Positions 46,505-59,545 of a stretch of DNA of 64,000 nucleotides are shown here, in pieces (positions within the stretch are counted from its first letter, which is position 1; every line of letters begins with the position of its first letter). The notes below the pieces were generated by a model. It saw nothing but the letters and a program-made list of their open reading frames with translations. It did not search any database and was not told the origin of the DNA. The position numbers and the translations under genes were made by a program. The DNA is from Amoebophrya sp. A120 (Eukaryota > Protista > Dinoflagellata). Location: positions 8,640,882 through 8,704,881 of the forward strand of contig CAJINV010000004.1 in NCBI GenBank assembly GCA_905178155.1. Reading direction: 5' to 3'.

Positions 46505-49110
46505 TCAAAAAACCTCCTTTTCCACCCCGAGAAAGCCCCGCTCGATTTCCGCAACTTGTTTTTGCTCCTCGGCAAGTGTTAGGCCGGATTTCAACTCTTT
46601 ACTTTGATTCGACCTTTTCTCCAAGAGCGCCCGCGCGTGTGTGATGGGGAAAGCGACGTAGTGCGGCCCGTGCTGTTCCGGGACGAAGCTCAACGACCCC
46701 GCGCTCCACGGACGGTACATGCCCTCGGTTTTTCTGTTGGACCGCACACCAAACCAAACGTAGATGTGAAAGGGGATGAGACAGGAAACGACCACAATCT
46801 GCATCACCCTGTCGCACCGGTCCGCCTGCCGGATCTGACTCAGACTGTACTCCGGGACCCGCACCTGGTTCACGATTTCGTCCAGAGAATAGTTCGAGCC
46901 GTCTATTTCGTCCGAGAAGAGCGAAAACTGCTCGCGAGACAGGATCACGGCGGTGACAGCGAAGCCCACGCCCATCAGGAGCAAACTGGCGTTTACGATG
47001 GTGATAATCGTGTCCAACACCGTCATGTACGGCACCCGGGGTAAGCGGTCGAGCACGATCCACTGCAGGGCGAAACAGGTGAGAAACATCGCGAAAATCA
47101 GGTTGAGCCGGCCGGAGAGGTCGGTGACTTCCAAGCAGTAGGAGAGCGACCCGAAAATGAGGATGGCGTACAAGGGGAAGCAGGTCTTGAACAGATAGAA
47201 TTTCGGGTTGCGCTTCACGTGCAGGGACAGCAGGACGTCCTCGTAGCCGTCGGTGGGGTTCGTGGGGGTGTAGTGGCGTCCCTTCGCGTAGGAAATCCCC
47301 TTCATGTCGAAGTCGCCGGAACTGCACTTCGAGGGGGGGAGAACCGGCACCTTCAAGATCATCTCGCAGGTTTTTTCCCAATCGAACCTCACGTCGCAGC
47401 TGCCCTTATGCAGTGCAAAAGCATCGTAGTCGTATAAATGCATGACAAATTTCCGCAGTATGGGAAATGGAATTTGTAATGCGGATTTACCTCAAGAAAA
47501 ATATTTGTAAATGCATGACTGTAAATACTACGAGTACGATACTTTTGCAGTGCATAACCCTCGAGCCGTTTTTCCCCCGACAACCCCAACACGAAATCGT
47601 AGCGGACGCTGTCGAACGGAAAGGACCTCAAGCCGTCCGCGGACGACATCACTTCAAACGTGGTTTCTTCGGTGTCCTATGGGAGTGTCAGGACCGAAAT
47701 CGACAAAATGGAAAAATTTGTGATGCATAAAATGTAGGGCACGGAAGGCCTGTATTGGGGAGCCGGCAAATGAGACCGATTGTAAGCCTGTTTGGGAGTA
47801 TAAAACGCGCACGCGCTGGCAGAGTAGCATGACAGGGGCAGTCTTCTTTGCCCCAACAGCATGACAGACTGGATTTGGGCTCTCCCGAAATTTGTCATGC
47901 GCCGCTTCGAAACTGAGGCTCCGACTAGCATCGATTTTGTGCATCACAAATTTTTCGACTTTGTCAATTTCGATTCTGACACTTCCATATGTCCACAATC
48001 CACAATAACGCCCCGTCGTTCCGGTCCCGGCTAGCTAGCGTGGGCTTGCTCGACGAGGCCAGGTTCGTGTCCCCTTGGTATCAAATGTAAAAATGTCTGG
48101 GTCTGGAAGAGTGCGCGATTTGTCATGCAGCTTTTCCAGGACCCATGAGGTCTGCAATGCAGGACCTAGCATGACAGATTCTGTGCGATCTCTCTCATGC
48201 CTATCCTGCATGAGAAACTCCCTCCCGACTTGGTCAAAGCTGGACGACTTTTGGTAATTATGCAACACAGATTTTTGCATGCTTCAGATTTAGCATGACA
48301 AGTTCTAATCTTCCAGACCCAGACATTTTTACATTTGATACTTGGTCGGTGAATTTCATCTGCTTGTTCAGCGCGTCCGCGAGAATGAACAGCTCGGGGC
48401 GCCAAATGTTGTCCGGAATGTCTTCGTCGAGGACCCAATTCGCGAGTCGGTAGTCCACCCACCGGAACTGGATGGAAAACTTCAGTATGCATCGCAAATT
48501 TCTTTATGTCTGGAAGATTCTGAGACTTGTCATGCACGTTTTGCATGAGCCGTGATGTCTGTGATGCATGCATGCCCTAGCATCACAGATTTTTTGAGGG
48601 CTCCTTGATGCCTACTCCGCATGACAAATGCCCTCTCGTCCGCGTAGCAAAAACTTCTACATTCCCTTTGCTGCTCTTGCAATACAGATTTGCTAGGAAT
48701 CCAAATGCAGCATCACAAGTTCCACTCTCCCAGACCCAGACATATTTGCAATGCATATTCAGTTTCACCATCTCGTGGCCCCCCTCCGCGTACACCTGCC
48801 ACTCGCGGATACTCAGGTGCGCGGTCACCGGTAGCGCGGTGGCCCGGGATTTTTTCCCAGCGGTACGCTCCTCTTGCGTCGCCGGACGCATGCCCCAGTC
48901 CGGAATTTCCGCGTCGGAGAACGTGCGGGAGGAACGCCGTGTCCCGAAGGAGCTGCGGTTCGAGGTGCGGCGCGCTTCTTCTCGAACAACACCAGCGGTG
49001 GAAGTTCTTTCGCCATTTACATTTCTGCCCTCCTCGGTTGTAGGAACAACACGACCCGCGGCTTCCTCTTCTGGCGCGACTTCCGTCGTGCCGAGTTCCT
49101 CGATCGACAT
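46505..49110 (-). CDS. Pentameric ligand-gated ion channel, Cys-less (Pro-loop) type, 4 introners
   Basis: FRWVDYRL...IWRPEL, LRSFPFD, LHVKRNPKFYL, M1-M4 helices, LPRVPYMTVLD. Confidence 0.9.
47407..47556. mobile_element. Introner family E (TIR TATGCA.TGCAAAAG.ATCG)
   Basis: TSD GCCCT/ACCCT, in-frame removal. Confidence 0.88.
47678..47989. mobile_element. Introner family H (TIR TATGG.AGTGTCAG.A.CGAAAT.GACAAA)
   Basis: TSD TGTCC, in-frame removal. Confidence 0.9.
48079..48340. mobile_element. Introner family A (262 bp)
   Basis: TSD CTTGG. Confidence 0.93.
48486..48757. mobile_element. Introner family A
   Basis: TSD TTCAG. Confidence 0.9.
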
Positions 49111-49976
49111 GGCTGCGGCAGCAGGCGGAACAACTCCGTAGAGGACTATCTTCAAGCAACTTCAGCAAACCAATGGAGTTGCAAAAACTTCACTACCACA
49201 AATGGAAACCAAAACGGACGCATTGTGGGAGATGAAACAAAAATGACTTTTCGGTATGTCCTAAAGCTCGATGAGATAAGCAAACTCACCTTTTGAATTT
49301 GGAAAGAAGCAGCGCAGATCTGGTGTCGTGTTCTCAACAGAGTTGGGATCGGAAAAACGTATTTCGGGACTTCTTCGACTTGCTGTGTATGTGTTACACG
49401 TGGCGAAAACGACACAAGCCGGACAGTAGTAGTTGGCTAATATGGCGTTCAATCAATTTCTTCAGTATTACCGTATTATTAAACGTCATTTTTGATAGCT
49501 AGACGAAAAGCACCGAGGTGCTACTAATGTAGAGAAAAGCACGTTCATTTCAGCAGTCATTTTATTCACGCAACGACCAATGCGGTCGTGCCTATATTTG
49601 TGTATTCCAAATGCAAAAATAGAGGTTTTGCGACAAAAATAACAAATATCATTTGATTACACAACGGATATGCATTTTTGACGAAATAAATTCATTTGCC
49701 TGTAGCCGCTTTTGCATACTTCTCTACGCATCTTTCCACACCCCTAGAGAGTTGTTCATTTTTGCAGAATTTTCATTCATTCCGATATCTTTTTAGGATT
49801 GTAAATACTGGCAAAACTTTTTCCTTGTCGACAAGTACTGGGCGGTTCTGTAGTAATGTACGTCTTGTTCTCAAAAAACTCAGACTTTATTCTTATCATG
49901 GTATAGCATTGGCACACTTACTTAGCGCATTCTACTACTCCTTCATAAGTAGCCACGCACGCCTGGCACACTTCAC

Positions 49977-52900
49977 TCATCCCTTCGGCATCGGCGTGGC
50001 CCGGTGGTCCCCTGGCACGAAGATGTTGAGCCCAACCTTGTCCGGGTTCTGGTCCATCGGTCTCGGCGAAGAAGCGTCTGACCCAGTTCTCCGCTGGAAC
50101 TTGCGCGTGCGAAAAGCGGCACCCGTTGTGGAAGTAGATGTAGAGCTGGCTGCTGCCCCGGTCGGTGTCGCATGATCTAGTACTCCGGTAGTACTACTAC
50201 TGCTCCCTGCTTCGTCTGACGGGTGCTCTAGCAATTCAGCCATGGATGTGGATCCAGCATGACCCGCTGCCACGGAACTACTACTTCCACCCGCAGTCGC
50301 CCGCAGCCTCCTCCCCGGCTCGATGCGCATGACGGCGTCCGCTACGTTGGCCGGCACTTTGTCGCCCGAACTGTCGGAAGTGGGCGTTTATCGTCATTGC
50401 AAAAGCATCGCACAACTGGTAGTATAAAAAACCGCATCACAAATTCTTTAAAAACAAAATGCAATTTGTCATGCTATACCAGGTAGAAAGTTAGATTTGT
50501 CATGCATAACTGCAATTACTACGTCGGTACGATTTGCTTTTGCAGTGCGTAGCGTTTTGGAGGAGCTCTCTTCGCGTTCAAACCGAAAACCGTCGTGGGA
50601 GAGGAATACCTCCGGAAGCGGAAGTTCGGTGATGGCAAGTTGCAACTCCGGCTCGACGACTACTGCGCTGGACGAAGGATTTTCACTTTCACCGGGGCTC
50701 GCTTCAAGATGTAAAAATTTCTCGGCGTGATTTACTTTGGCGGTACCAGGCGAAGAATCTTTTTCTTCACTCATGTTTAATACCGTGCTCTCGACTTCCA
50801 CCTTCTCTTCTACCGGCACGACCGGCTGGTTGGACGCCGGCGGGTCGTGGGACTCGCGGCTGAGCACTTGGTCGTCGTCGTGGTCCACAACTACCGGTGT
50901 TGTAGTAGTCACCGGCCGCGGCGGAGTCTCATGGTCATTCTCCCCCACAAGGACCTGCTCGTCGTCCACCAGAGGAACGATCCCGTCGACAGAAGTGGCA
51001 AGCGAATCGACCGTCATCCGATCATCACTTCTCTCCAGCTGGTGGTTCGCCAAGTCTTCTGCCTGCTCGAAGGGGTCCCGACGTGGTATATCGTTGATTT
51101 GATGTCGCACGTCTTGTGATATGGATGCTGCAAATATCGATCTGAGTCGGGAAGAATGGCAGACTTGTAAAAATGTCAAACCGGCATAGGTACTTAAGTA
51201 CCCCTGAACTCCGTGATGCATGTGCTGGAATAGCGCTACCTCTTTGTCATGCAAAAAACGCGCTTTCTCATGCGGGTGGCACACTACAGAAGCTGAAGCG
51301 CTCAGGAGTTTCTCATGCGTGGCTCCGTATTGGAGTCGGTTTCTTGTCATTCGTGTTTTCGCATCAGAAGTTTCCGAAAGCAAACATATTTGCACTGCAT
51401 ATGTAAATCATCTTCCAACTCCGCCTGCTCCTCATCCGAGAATGACGTCTCCTCTATGCATTGCAAAAGCATCGCACTCGTATAATAATGCATCACAAAC
51501 TTCCTCAGCATGAGAAATGAAATTCGTAATGCGGATTTAGCTTCAGAAAAATATTGGCAATGCATGACTGCAATACGAGTACGATACTTTTGCACAGGAT
51601 ATCCTCCCGCGGAGTCGCGATGTTGTGCACCGTGGGCCGCTTTCGCGGCAGCTGGAGAAAGGAGGAGGGGGAGCTACTTGCGCCCGCCGTCGTGGAGCTC
51701 GAACCAGTAGCCACGGCTCCCATAGAAGGCGACATGAGAACCTCCTCGGGGATGAGATTCACCTGCGCGTGGAGGCCCTCGCGACTGCGGGTGAGTAGTT
51801 GTTTCGAGGTAGAAGAAGTACTTCTAGAGGAACTATGTTCATCGCCGGCTCCTGTGGTAGAAATTTTGGCGTCTCTGTTGGGCTCTCCGCTGTTCAACAC
51901 GGAATCCCTGCTGCTTTCCCCTAGCACATCATCAGACGTGTTTAAAACACCTCCATCCCCTCGGGACGACGTTCTTGAGGCCGAACTACTGTGCGGCCAG
52001 ATCAGAGACCCCGTGGAGGTTCGCGGCCAGTTGTTGTCGCCGGTTGTTGGCCGCGGGGGGTGTTGGGACCTTTGTTGCTCCTGCTGTCGTAACAGGTGGA
52101 AAACCTTTTCCGTGTAGCTGACTTCGCGGGGAGGTGGAGGCGCGGTGTGAGAAACATCCGGAAACTCGTCGTCCTCTTCTGGAATCACTCCCGTTCTACC
52201 ACTTCTCGCCACCGTGGTATCGCAAGAAAAAAGTGTTACAGTTACACACTGTACTGCAGACTAAGCAAGACAGACAAGCTCTGTCATGCTAGATATGCAT
52301 AGCAGCCTTGCTTCGTACGTGTTTTCCCGTAGGATTTCTGCATTGCAGGTTTTCCCTCTCATCTCGAGAAATTTGTGTTGCTGAATTGCCAACAAATGTG
52401 TAACTGTAACACTTTTTTCGTGTGATACGTGGTCTGCTCTGGCGAGTTCTCGCGGCTCAGCATCCTTTCCGGCGAGTTCACCGGCGGTGCGCACAGCCGC
52501 TGCCGGCTCGCGTCCAGCGGGGGCTCGGGTGGCAGTACTGGAAGATCCTCAAAACTGTCGCGGCGCAGGTACCTATCGTCATCAACTCGAAGCTGCTGCT
52601 GTTCCTCTTCCACATCCTCTAAACCGCCCTGCCTATGCCTGTGCTCGGCGTCTCGCATCTCTCGCAGGCGGAGGAGAAGGCCGGAGTAGCTACGATCTTC
52701 GGAGGTGTTATTTTCGGGCGGATTGTTGATCGTAGCGGGAGGTGAAGTTGTTGTAGTACTGATGTTCATCTCTGTGTTACTCTCCGCCGGGAGGCCGTGT
52801 TCGTGCTCGTCTTCCGGATTGTTCGCACTCGTGCCCCCGCTCACAACATCGGCCGCGGGGGCGGAATAGCAATAGGGTAACGCAACTACCGTGTTTTGCA

Positions 52901-55294
52901 GGCTACTAGCTTCCAGAGCAGCTGCTGCGTCCTCGTGGTGCTGCGCCAGCCGGGTTTCCAACTGTGCTAACACCGTATTTAGCCGCGCGTTCTCGCTGGC
53001 CATCTGCGCGTTTCTTCCATGCCAGCGGCGCTGGCACTCCTCGAACTCCAGTCGCGCACGCAGATGTCGCTGCTGCGCGTGCAGCTTGCAGAGGTAGGCC
53101 GTGAGCCCGGTGAGCCACACGGTGGTGACCCCGGTCGCGATGGCCGCAATGCTCCCAAACCATTTGTTGTCCAGGTTCACTTGGTAGCGGAGGCAAATGC
53201 TGCCGCTGTCATCGTCGTCGCCTTCGAAGGAATTCGCCTCCTCGCCTGGATGGTTTTTGTCACTAGGCACCAGTCCTTTCGAAATTTTCTCGTCGTCTCC
53301 CGGAAACAGGTCGACCACGGGCGCGATGTCTTTTTCGTTGTTATACTGCACGACCACCGAACTGTGGCCCAAATGCGTCAGCGGCGTGTTTGGGTACCAC
53401 TCGGTCGCGAACTGCAACAGGAACTGCACCAAGTCTTCGCCCTGTTTCGGATCGGTTCGGAGACGGTTCAGGACTTGATCCAGGAAAGAGTCCAGGTCGG
53501 TCGCCTGTGACAAGTGATTGCGGTACAGTCGCACTTGCATTTTTCCCAACGACCGTTGCAAATGTTGACAATGAAAAACACATAATAAGATCAAAATGCT
53601 GTTGAAAGAAGTTCTTGTGCATAAAGACAGAAACAATAATAAACGTCGTGAAGCCGTAAGCCAGAAACAATACCGTTTCCAGCAATTTCCGCAACGAGTC
53701 TCGGTCCACGCCAAAGGGCAACAGCCTGAGAATCCCGTTGATACTATCACACAGAAAAAAGCAGGCAGGTCACATTTGTAATGCAAAAATAAATACACAA
53801 GAAAATCTGTATTGCATATAATCCTAACCAGCATGCTATGGGGCCGCCCCGAACTTTCTGCATTACAAACATGCCCTGCCTGCTTTTTTCTCTGGAATAG
53901 ATACTGTCCTCGACGTGCCCGGTGCCGTCCTTCAACTGCGATAACACCCGCACGATCTGCTTCACTTGGAAACACGGCCCAACGACGAGTGGGGCGCGGG
54001 TCGTGGTTTGGATAGAACTGGTGAGAGTCCTCGTGGTAGAAGTACTAAACCACTTCTCGGGGGCCGCCTGGTGGTCGGGGCCAGTTTTGCTTGTTTTTCG
54101 GGAGAGGAAATTTTCGTACCTGTAGTTTTCTCCTTTGGAGGAGGAGCCGTCCAAAATAGCAGCGTGGTCCTTTCTACTTCCGTCGTGTCCAATCAACCCC
54201 GGGGGCAGAACTGCTGCTGCGTCATGACCCCCCGTGGAGGCCGCGGCGTCGGAGACAACCCAGACCGGGTTGACACCACCGGCCGGCAACACTGGTACGT
54301 AACCGCCGAGACGGGCCGCGTGCAGAAACATGCGGTCCACCTCTGGGAGCTGCTGCTGAGAGCTCGTCGGCGAGAAAAATTTAGAAGTACTGACACCTTT
54401 AGAAGTGCTGGAACCACTTCCGGTCGTGGATGGGACTTCTGCTGCGGAAGCATTCTGGACAAAGCTGCGTGGAGTTGTGATCAAGATTTTGGGGGCTCCT
54501 TTTTCCAGTTCGCGCTGCTGCTCTCCACCAGCGGGAGAATAATTGGAGTGATTCCTCTCAAAAAAATTCTCCGGCTGCTTCATCGTCCCCGGCGGCGTGG
54601 TCCTCCCGAATAAATGCAAGCTCCGCAGCCCGCGCGCCAACTCGTCCTCCACCTGCGCGTCCCCGGGGTACGGCAAGTCCGCGAACAAATTCATATCTTC
54701 GCTGTACGGAATTGCGGTGGAAGCTGCTGCATGATGTCCTTGTCTTGGTGGCGCAACGGGGGCGGCAGAAAAACGTGGTAGTACTAGAGATGGTGGTGGT
54801 GGTGGTAAAATATCATCGGAGAAATGCTGTTGACCACTACGTGAGCCTCCTGCTCCCGATATTCCTTGTACGCCATAATCTTCCCCCGCTAGTTGCCCTC
54901 GCAAAAACCCGCTCTGCTCGCCGGCTGCGGCCGTCACACCGGCGCTCGAGGCGGCTAGCAAGGTCAGAAGCTTGCACGGAGTACTAGCAGGTCCAGCAAG
55001 AACGGACCACGCGTGTTGTTTTTGACGGTGCCTGGTAGAACAAGTCGAGCCGCGCGACGTCGCTTTTAAAATGGACGGCTTGTTTATTTTCTGGTGCGAG
55101 TCAACATCTTCCGACGACAACAAATTATCGCCGCTTCCTCGATCTTCCTTGCAGGAGGTGCTTGTTGCGGGCCTGCATTTTTGTTCTCGCCCACCGCTTG
55201 GGCCCCCGGCACCAACTGCGGTAGCCACAGGTGCGGAAACCAGGAGCAGGGGAAGGACCCTCGCCAAGGGTCGGAGCCTCAGACCGGGCAACAT
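49977..55294 (-). CDS. Hypothetical membrane protein (signal peptide, RIIa/DPY-30-like helix pair, TM, coiled coil); could be two genes
   Basis: ORFs join in frame across 5 introners and an inferred GT-AG intron 53505-53673. Confidence 0.55.
50389..50551. mobile_element. Introner family E
   Basis: TSD GCGTT. Confidence 0.85.
51120..51401. mobile_element. Introner family A variant, decayed
   Basis: TSD TGTGA/TGTAA, in-frame removal. Confidence 0.8.
51455..51601. mobile_element. Introner family E
   Basis: TSD TCCTC. Confidence 0.9.
52218..52427. mobile_element. Introner family D
   Basis: TSD CGTGG. Confidence 0.92.
53745..53899. mobile_element. Introner family G (155 bp)
   Basis: TIR TAT..CAGA.AAAAGCAGGCAGG, TSD GATAC. 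Confidence 0.9.
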
Positions 55295-56454
55295 TTTGGG
55301 AAGATCTTTATCGGACTCTTCGCATGCAAAACGAGTCCATCTACGGAGGAAGCTACGATTTTCACTACGAAGTAGATGCCTCCCCTCGACATTCAATAAA
55401 ATTTTAAAAAAATCAGGTGGCAAAAAAAGTGACCTTCGAAAAGCACTTCGAGCCACGTACTTGTCCTACAACTTGCAGGATTGGAAAAAACACGCGCTTC
55501 ACCGCTGGGGGCGGCAGTGCGACAGTTTATCACCTCTGGGCCAGGGTAATAATCGGCTCGGTGCCTTTTCCGTCCCTGCCAGCCTTTCGTATTGGTTCCC
55601 TAAGACTACTTGGCATCTGCTTCCTATTGAGCTGTCTTGTGAGTGAATCAGTGAACTAGGTTCTTCCTTCGATATTGATGTTTGATCGAAGTTTTCTACT
55701 TTTCTCTGTACAATTTCATGTTTGATCGGAAAACAAGCATGTTCTTCGATTACGCTTGCGACGCAAAAAATGTGTAGATCGCCACGCACGAAGTTTTTTG
55801 CAAAAAACCCACAACGCTTCCTTTCTTCACTCCTTTCGCTTGCCCGTTTGCGCCATCTCCACGCTGTTCTTGGAGTTCTTGCCACCTTCACTGTCCGACA
55901 GTGTCACGTTGTAGGTTCCGAGGTGCGCGGGCGGGCTCGTGTACTTCAGGAAAGCAACCAGGCCGGCCAGTTGCAGCAGGAAGAGGCACAAGTTTATCAT
56001 GCAGTTCCGGAAGGCGATCTCCGGACTGTGTGATCAGGGGGTTTCGTTGGTATACTTGAAATGTAGATGTAGTACGAAGCGAAAGCTCAACAGCTGGGAC
56101 ATGCGCATGATGACAAAAATGATTTGCTCCTCTGATGTGATCGACTTCTTCATCACAAATTATCCGAAACAAATTCTATACGATAGTCGCGCCCTACTTC
56201 CGCCCGTCTTCACGTCGTCGTCAAATATCTCCGCATCCTCCGGGTTTGATATCATTTGGAAGAAGCCTTCTAGGCCTAGCATAGAATAATAAATCAAAAC
56301 AACTTCAATTTGCCATGCACATACGGGCTGAGAAAACATTCTGTCTTGCGCGGACAACTACAATGATCATCTGCGAATAGAAAAGAATCCTGCTGCAAAC
56401 AAAAGAATTCTGGTGCGCTGGTACTCTAATATTCATCTGATGCCTACTTGCAAA

Positions 56455-58835
56455 TCACAGGTTAAAAGTGCGAACATCAATTCTGCTAGCCAACATCGAA
56501 TATTTTTCTGCGATATCCACAACATCCCTGAGAGCAGTGCCGGAGGAAAAGTTTTCGTGCGTCGCGGGCTTGTCTACGTAGCCCTCGACGATGGCGTTAA
56601 CCTGGATCGTAGTATGATTTTCATTGCTTCAAGTTTGTCGTGCTAAAAAACTATGCAGACACATTGTGTACTACCTGTCATGCAAGCAGTACCCCACCAT
56701 AACACTTCCAACGTGAAGACGAGCTGAAAAACAATGACAATACCAATATCGCCGTCCTGGCCCCCGCGGTGAGCATCCGTTCGAGCATGTTGTGCTTCCA
56801 GATTTCGAAGTCATGCTCTGGAATGGTGTACCCCTCGTCGATCATCCGCTTCGCGACGGGGTCCCTATAACCCGCTCAGCTGTTACAATCTCAAACGTTA
56901 CAATAGAATATGGAAATCTCTGATGCAAGAGTGCATGATCTAGCCAACTCTTCTAGGATTGCGCATGACAAGTTCTCCTGGAGCCCCAAACCCCACTACA
57001 AGGATCTGGCGCAATTTGTATTGCAGATAGTGGAACGCTCTGCGAGTCTGTCATGCTCATCATGCGAGACAAATCTACCCAGAGTCTATTGTAACGTTTG
57101 AGATTGTAACGGTTGAGCAGGTCATAGTCCCGGTACACATTTTTACACGCATACACCGCGGCGTCCCGGGTCCATTTCTCGAGAAACTCAAACGCGATTT
57201 TTGCGTTCTCGTTGGCCTGCAAGTTCGCGATTTCGCCGGCGTCGGTGGTAGACTTCTTCGCGGATTCCAGTTTCTCCTTGTTCTTCTTGATAAAGTCTTG
57301 ATTCTCCTTCTCGTACAGCGCCTGGGCGTCGAAATTGACCCCGAAACCCCGCCCCCGGTGGATGTTCGTCCAGCCCCCGTCCCACCACATGGGGTTGCGC
57401 GTGCGGATCGTCTGCGTCATGTCTTTGTCCCAAAGTTCATAGAAAGAGCCCTTGCCCGCGAAGGAGGAGACTTGCTTTTGGAAACAGGGAAGGTCCTGCT
57501 TTTTCTTCACCGGGGCGTCGGACCTGATAGATATAGATTGGGATAAAATTGCATAAGTACTTTGGATTCATTGGTTTTGCACAGTGGGACCACAAGTACA
57601 TGCATCGCGAAAGACCACATGCTTGAGCTAGAGGTTGTTTCACCTACGTCCTGTCGATGACCACAAACTGCGGTTTATTTGTTGAACTTGAAACATACAC
57701 GTTCTATATACCCTAACGGTCCGTTGCTGGGCAAGAAGTGGAGCGGTTGGTGGACGTCGCCGAGCAAATTAACCAAAAACTTCATCCCATCGGCGTCCGT
57801 AAACGTGTGGCCACCGGGGAACGAGATCGCCGGGGCCGCGGGCACGTTCTTTGCCTTCACAATGTTGGCGTAGAAGTGCTTCATGGCGGGCAGAAGACAC
57901 ATCTTCCCCGGGCAATGGGCTTCGTCGTCCAAGAGGGATAAATTTTCGCACTGCTGTTCGTAGGGGTCGGTCTCTTGGCCGCCTGTGAAGAAATTTATAC
58001 TGGGGGAAATTGCAGAAGTTGGTACTAGAATGCGCCTTCGATCAAAACGTAGTAAAAGGTCATTGCAGACCTGGATAGGAATGCGCAGCTTGGAAGAAGT
58101 AGAGGTCCCGTGCGGAATCAATAATGCAAGGGATGCATTACATACAATACCGAGTTTGTATGTCTGATAGTGCATCTGCTGTGCCCATGTGAACTTCTCG
58201 TCAACCGCGTGCGCCCACCCGCTTATGTCCATGATGTCCTTGCCTTTCAAAAGTTTCTTCATTGTCGTTAGCACCTGGAGGATTTATTGGGGCATATTTC
58301 AAATCAAATATATCTTACGCGGCATTTTCATTTTGTCATGCACTATTTCATGAAGAACAAGCTATCAACCCCTCACCTTCCCCCTTTCGATCGCACTCAT
58401 CGCCGTCATGCCGATTGCCTCGTGGCCGTCGCGATCAAAGGCAGACGCGGCTTGGAAAAAAGTCCCTCCCTGATACGAAACCGCCGCTACCAAGGCCGTT
58501 GTTGCGGCAAGCGGGCGTCTTGCAGTGGTCCTTCTTCTCCTTCTGCCACGTGACGGTCTGTTGCTTTGGCATATCTCATCCGACGTGTGCTGGCTGAGTA
58601 CTATCTCGATTGACTTTGTCACGATGCCCCGTTGGCAGAAGTCACGCTGCCCGGCGGAGGTTGTACTCCGCATATTACTTTGGTGGTTGCTAGGAGCAGT
58701 AAATACCGTAGTTGGCATGATGAAAGCGCCCCCTTGTGTAGAAGCGAGACGGCATGGCACGAAAGACGACGACGAGCTGCGGCTGTAATGCGCGCTCAGA
58801 TGACTTGGGACAAGGTCCTCGTTCATTTCTGCCAT
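56455..58835 (-). CDS. S1/P1 nuclease family protein with altered metal ligands; multi-exon, ends uncertain
   Basis: AFDRDGHEAIG, GWAHAV...W..QMHY, KFLVNLLGDVHQPLH, FYELWD, AGARTAIL|VNAI. Confidence 0.8.
56880..57110 (-). mobile_element. Inverted-repeat intron with canonical GT-AG ends (family F)
   Basis: 26-bp perfect IR GTTACAATCTCAAACGTTACAATAGA; GT-AG removal gives in-frame LLN|PERVIG. Confidence 0.8.
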
Positions 58836-59545
58836 CTTTGAATACTTTTCGGTGGTGCTTACACTATCAGTCTTGGACGATGAACATCAAGTATTAATCC
58901 TACCAACATTACAGTTTCATCTTCACCATACTACCAGGGAAGCTTCACACGCCGACATTGTGCCAAGGGTGGTCTACTGCGCAAGATCACGTATTAGTAG
59001 TCGTTCTTTCACAACCATAATCTTTACAAGGATCTTCATCTTTGCACAGACAAACCAACGACATGCCAACACTACCACAGTATCTTCGGTATAGCGAAGC
59101 AATAGCAAAAGCAGCCGTGAAGATCCTGAAACACTTTGATGCTGATTCGTTGTCACACAAAAGAAAGTGCTACTACGTTCCGGGGATGAACAGCACAACT
59201 CCTATTCATTTTGAACCAGCCCTGTGCGGTACGCACCACAACTCGCGAGGGGGGGCAGAGCTTTTGCTCTTCTCGTCATGATTTTAGTCGGAGTTATTTC
59301 TTCGAAGCGCTTCAGATATGATGCGAAGTGGATTTCGGTTCATTTACCTGTACCCCGTCGGGCTACGACGGGGCCGGTCGTAGCAAAAACAAAGTACATC
59401 CACGCAGAATTTTTATCTGTACTGTTGCGCGATCAAGGTCATACAATGTCAACTAAAAAAATGTCGCTCGTCGCTAATGCGTATGCCGCAAGGCGGGGGT
59501 CGCTTGATGCTTATAATAATCCGATGATACTGTGCCCGTCGCCCG

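Noticed and set aside
3745-48573. Recurrent peptide 'motifs' (LPDPDIF, CKNVPTPEL, MSGSG) in many short ORFs
   Set aside because: They are translations of introner TIRs, not a protein family
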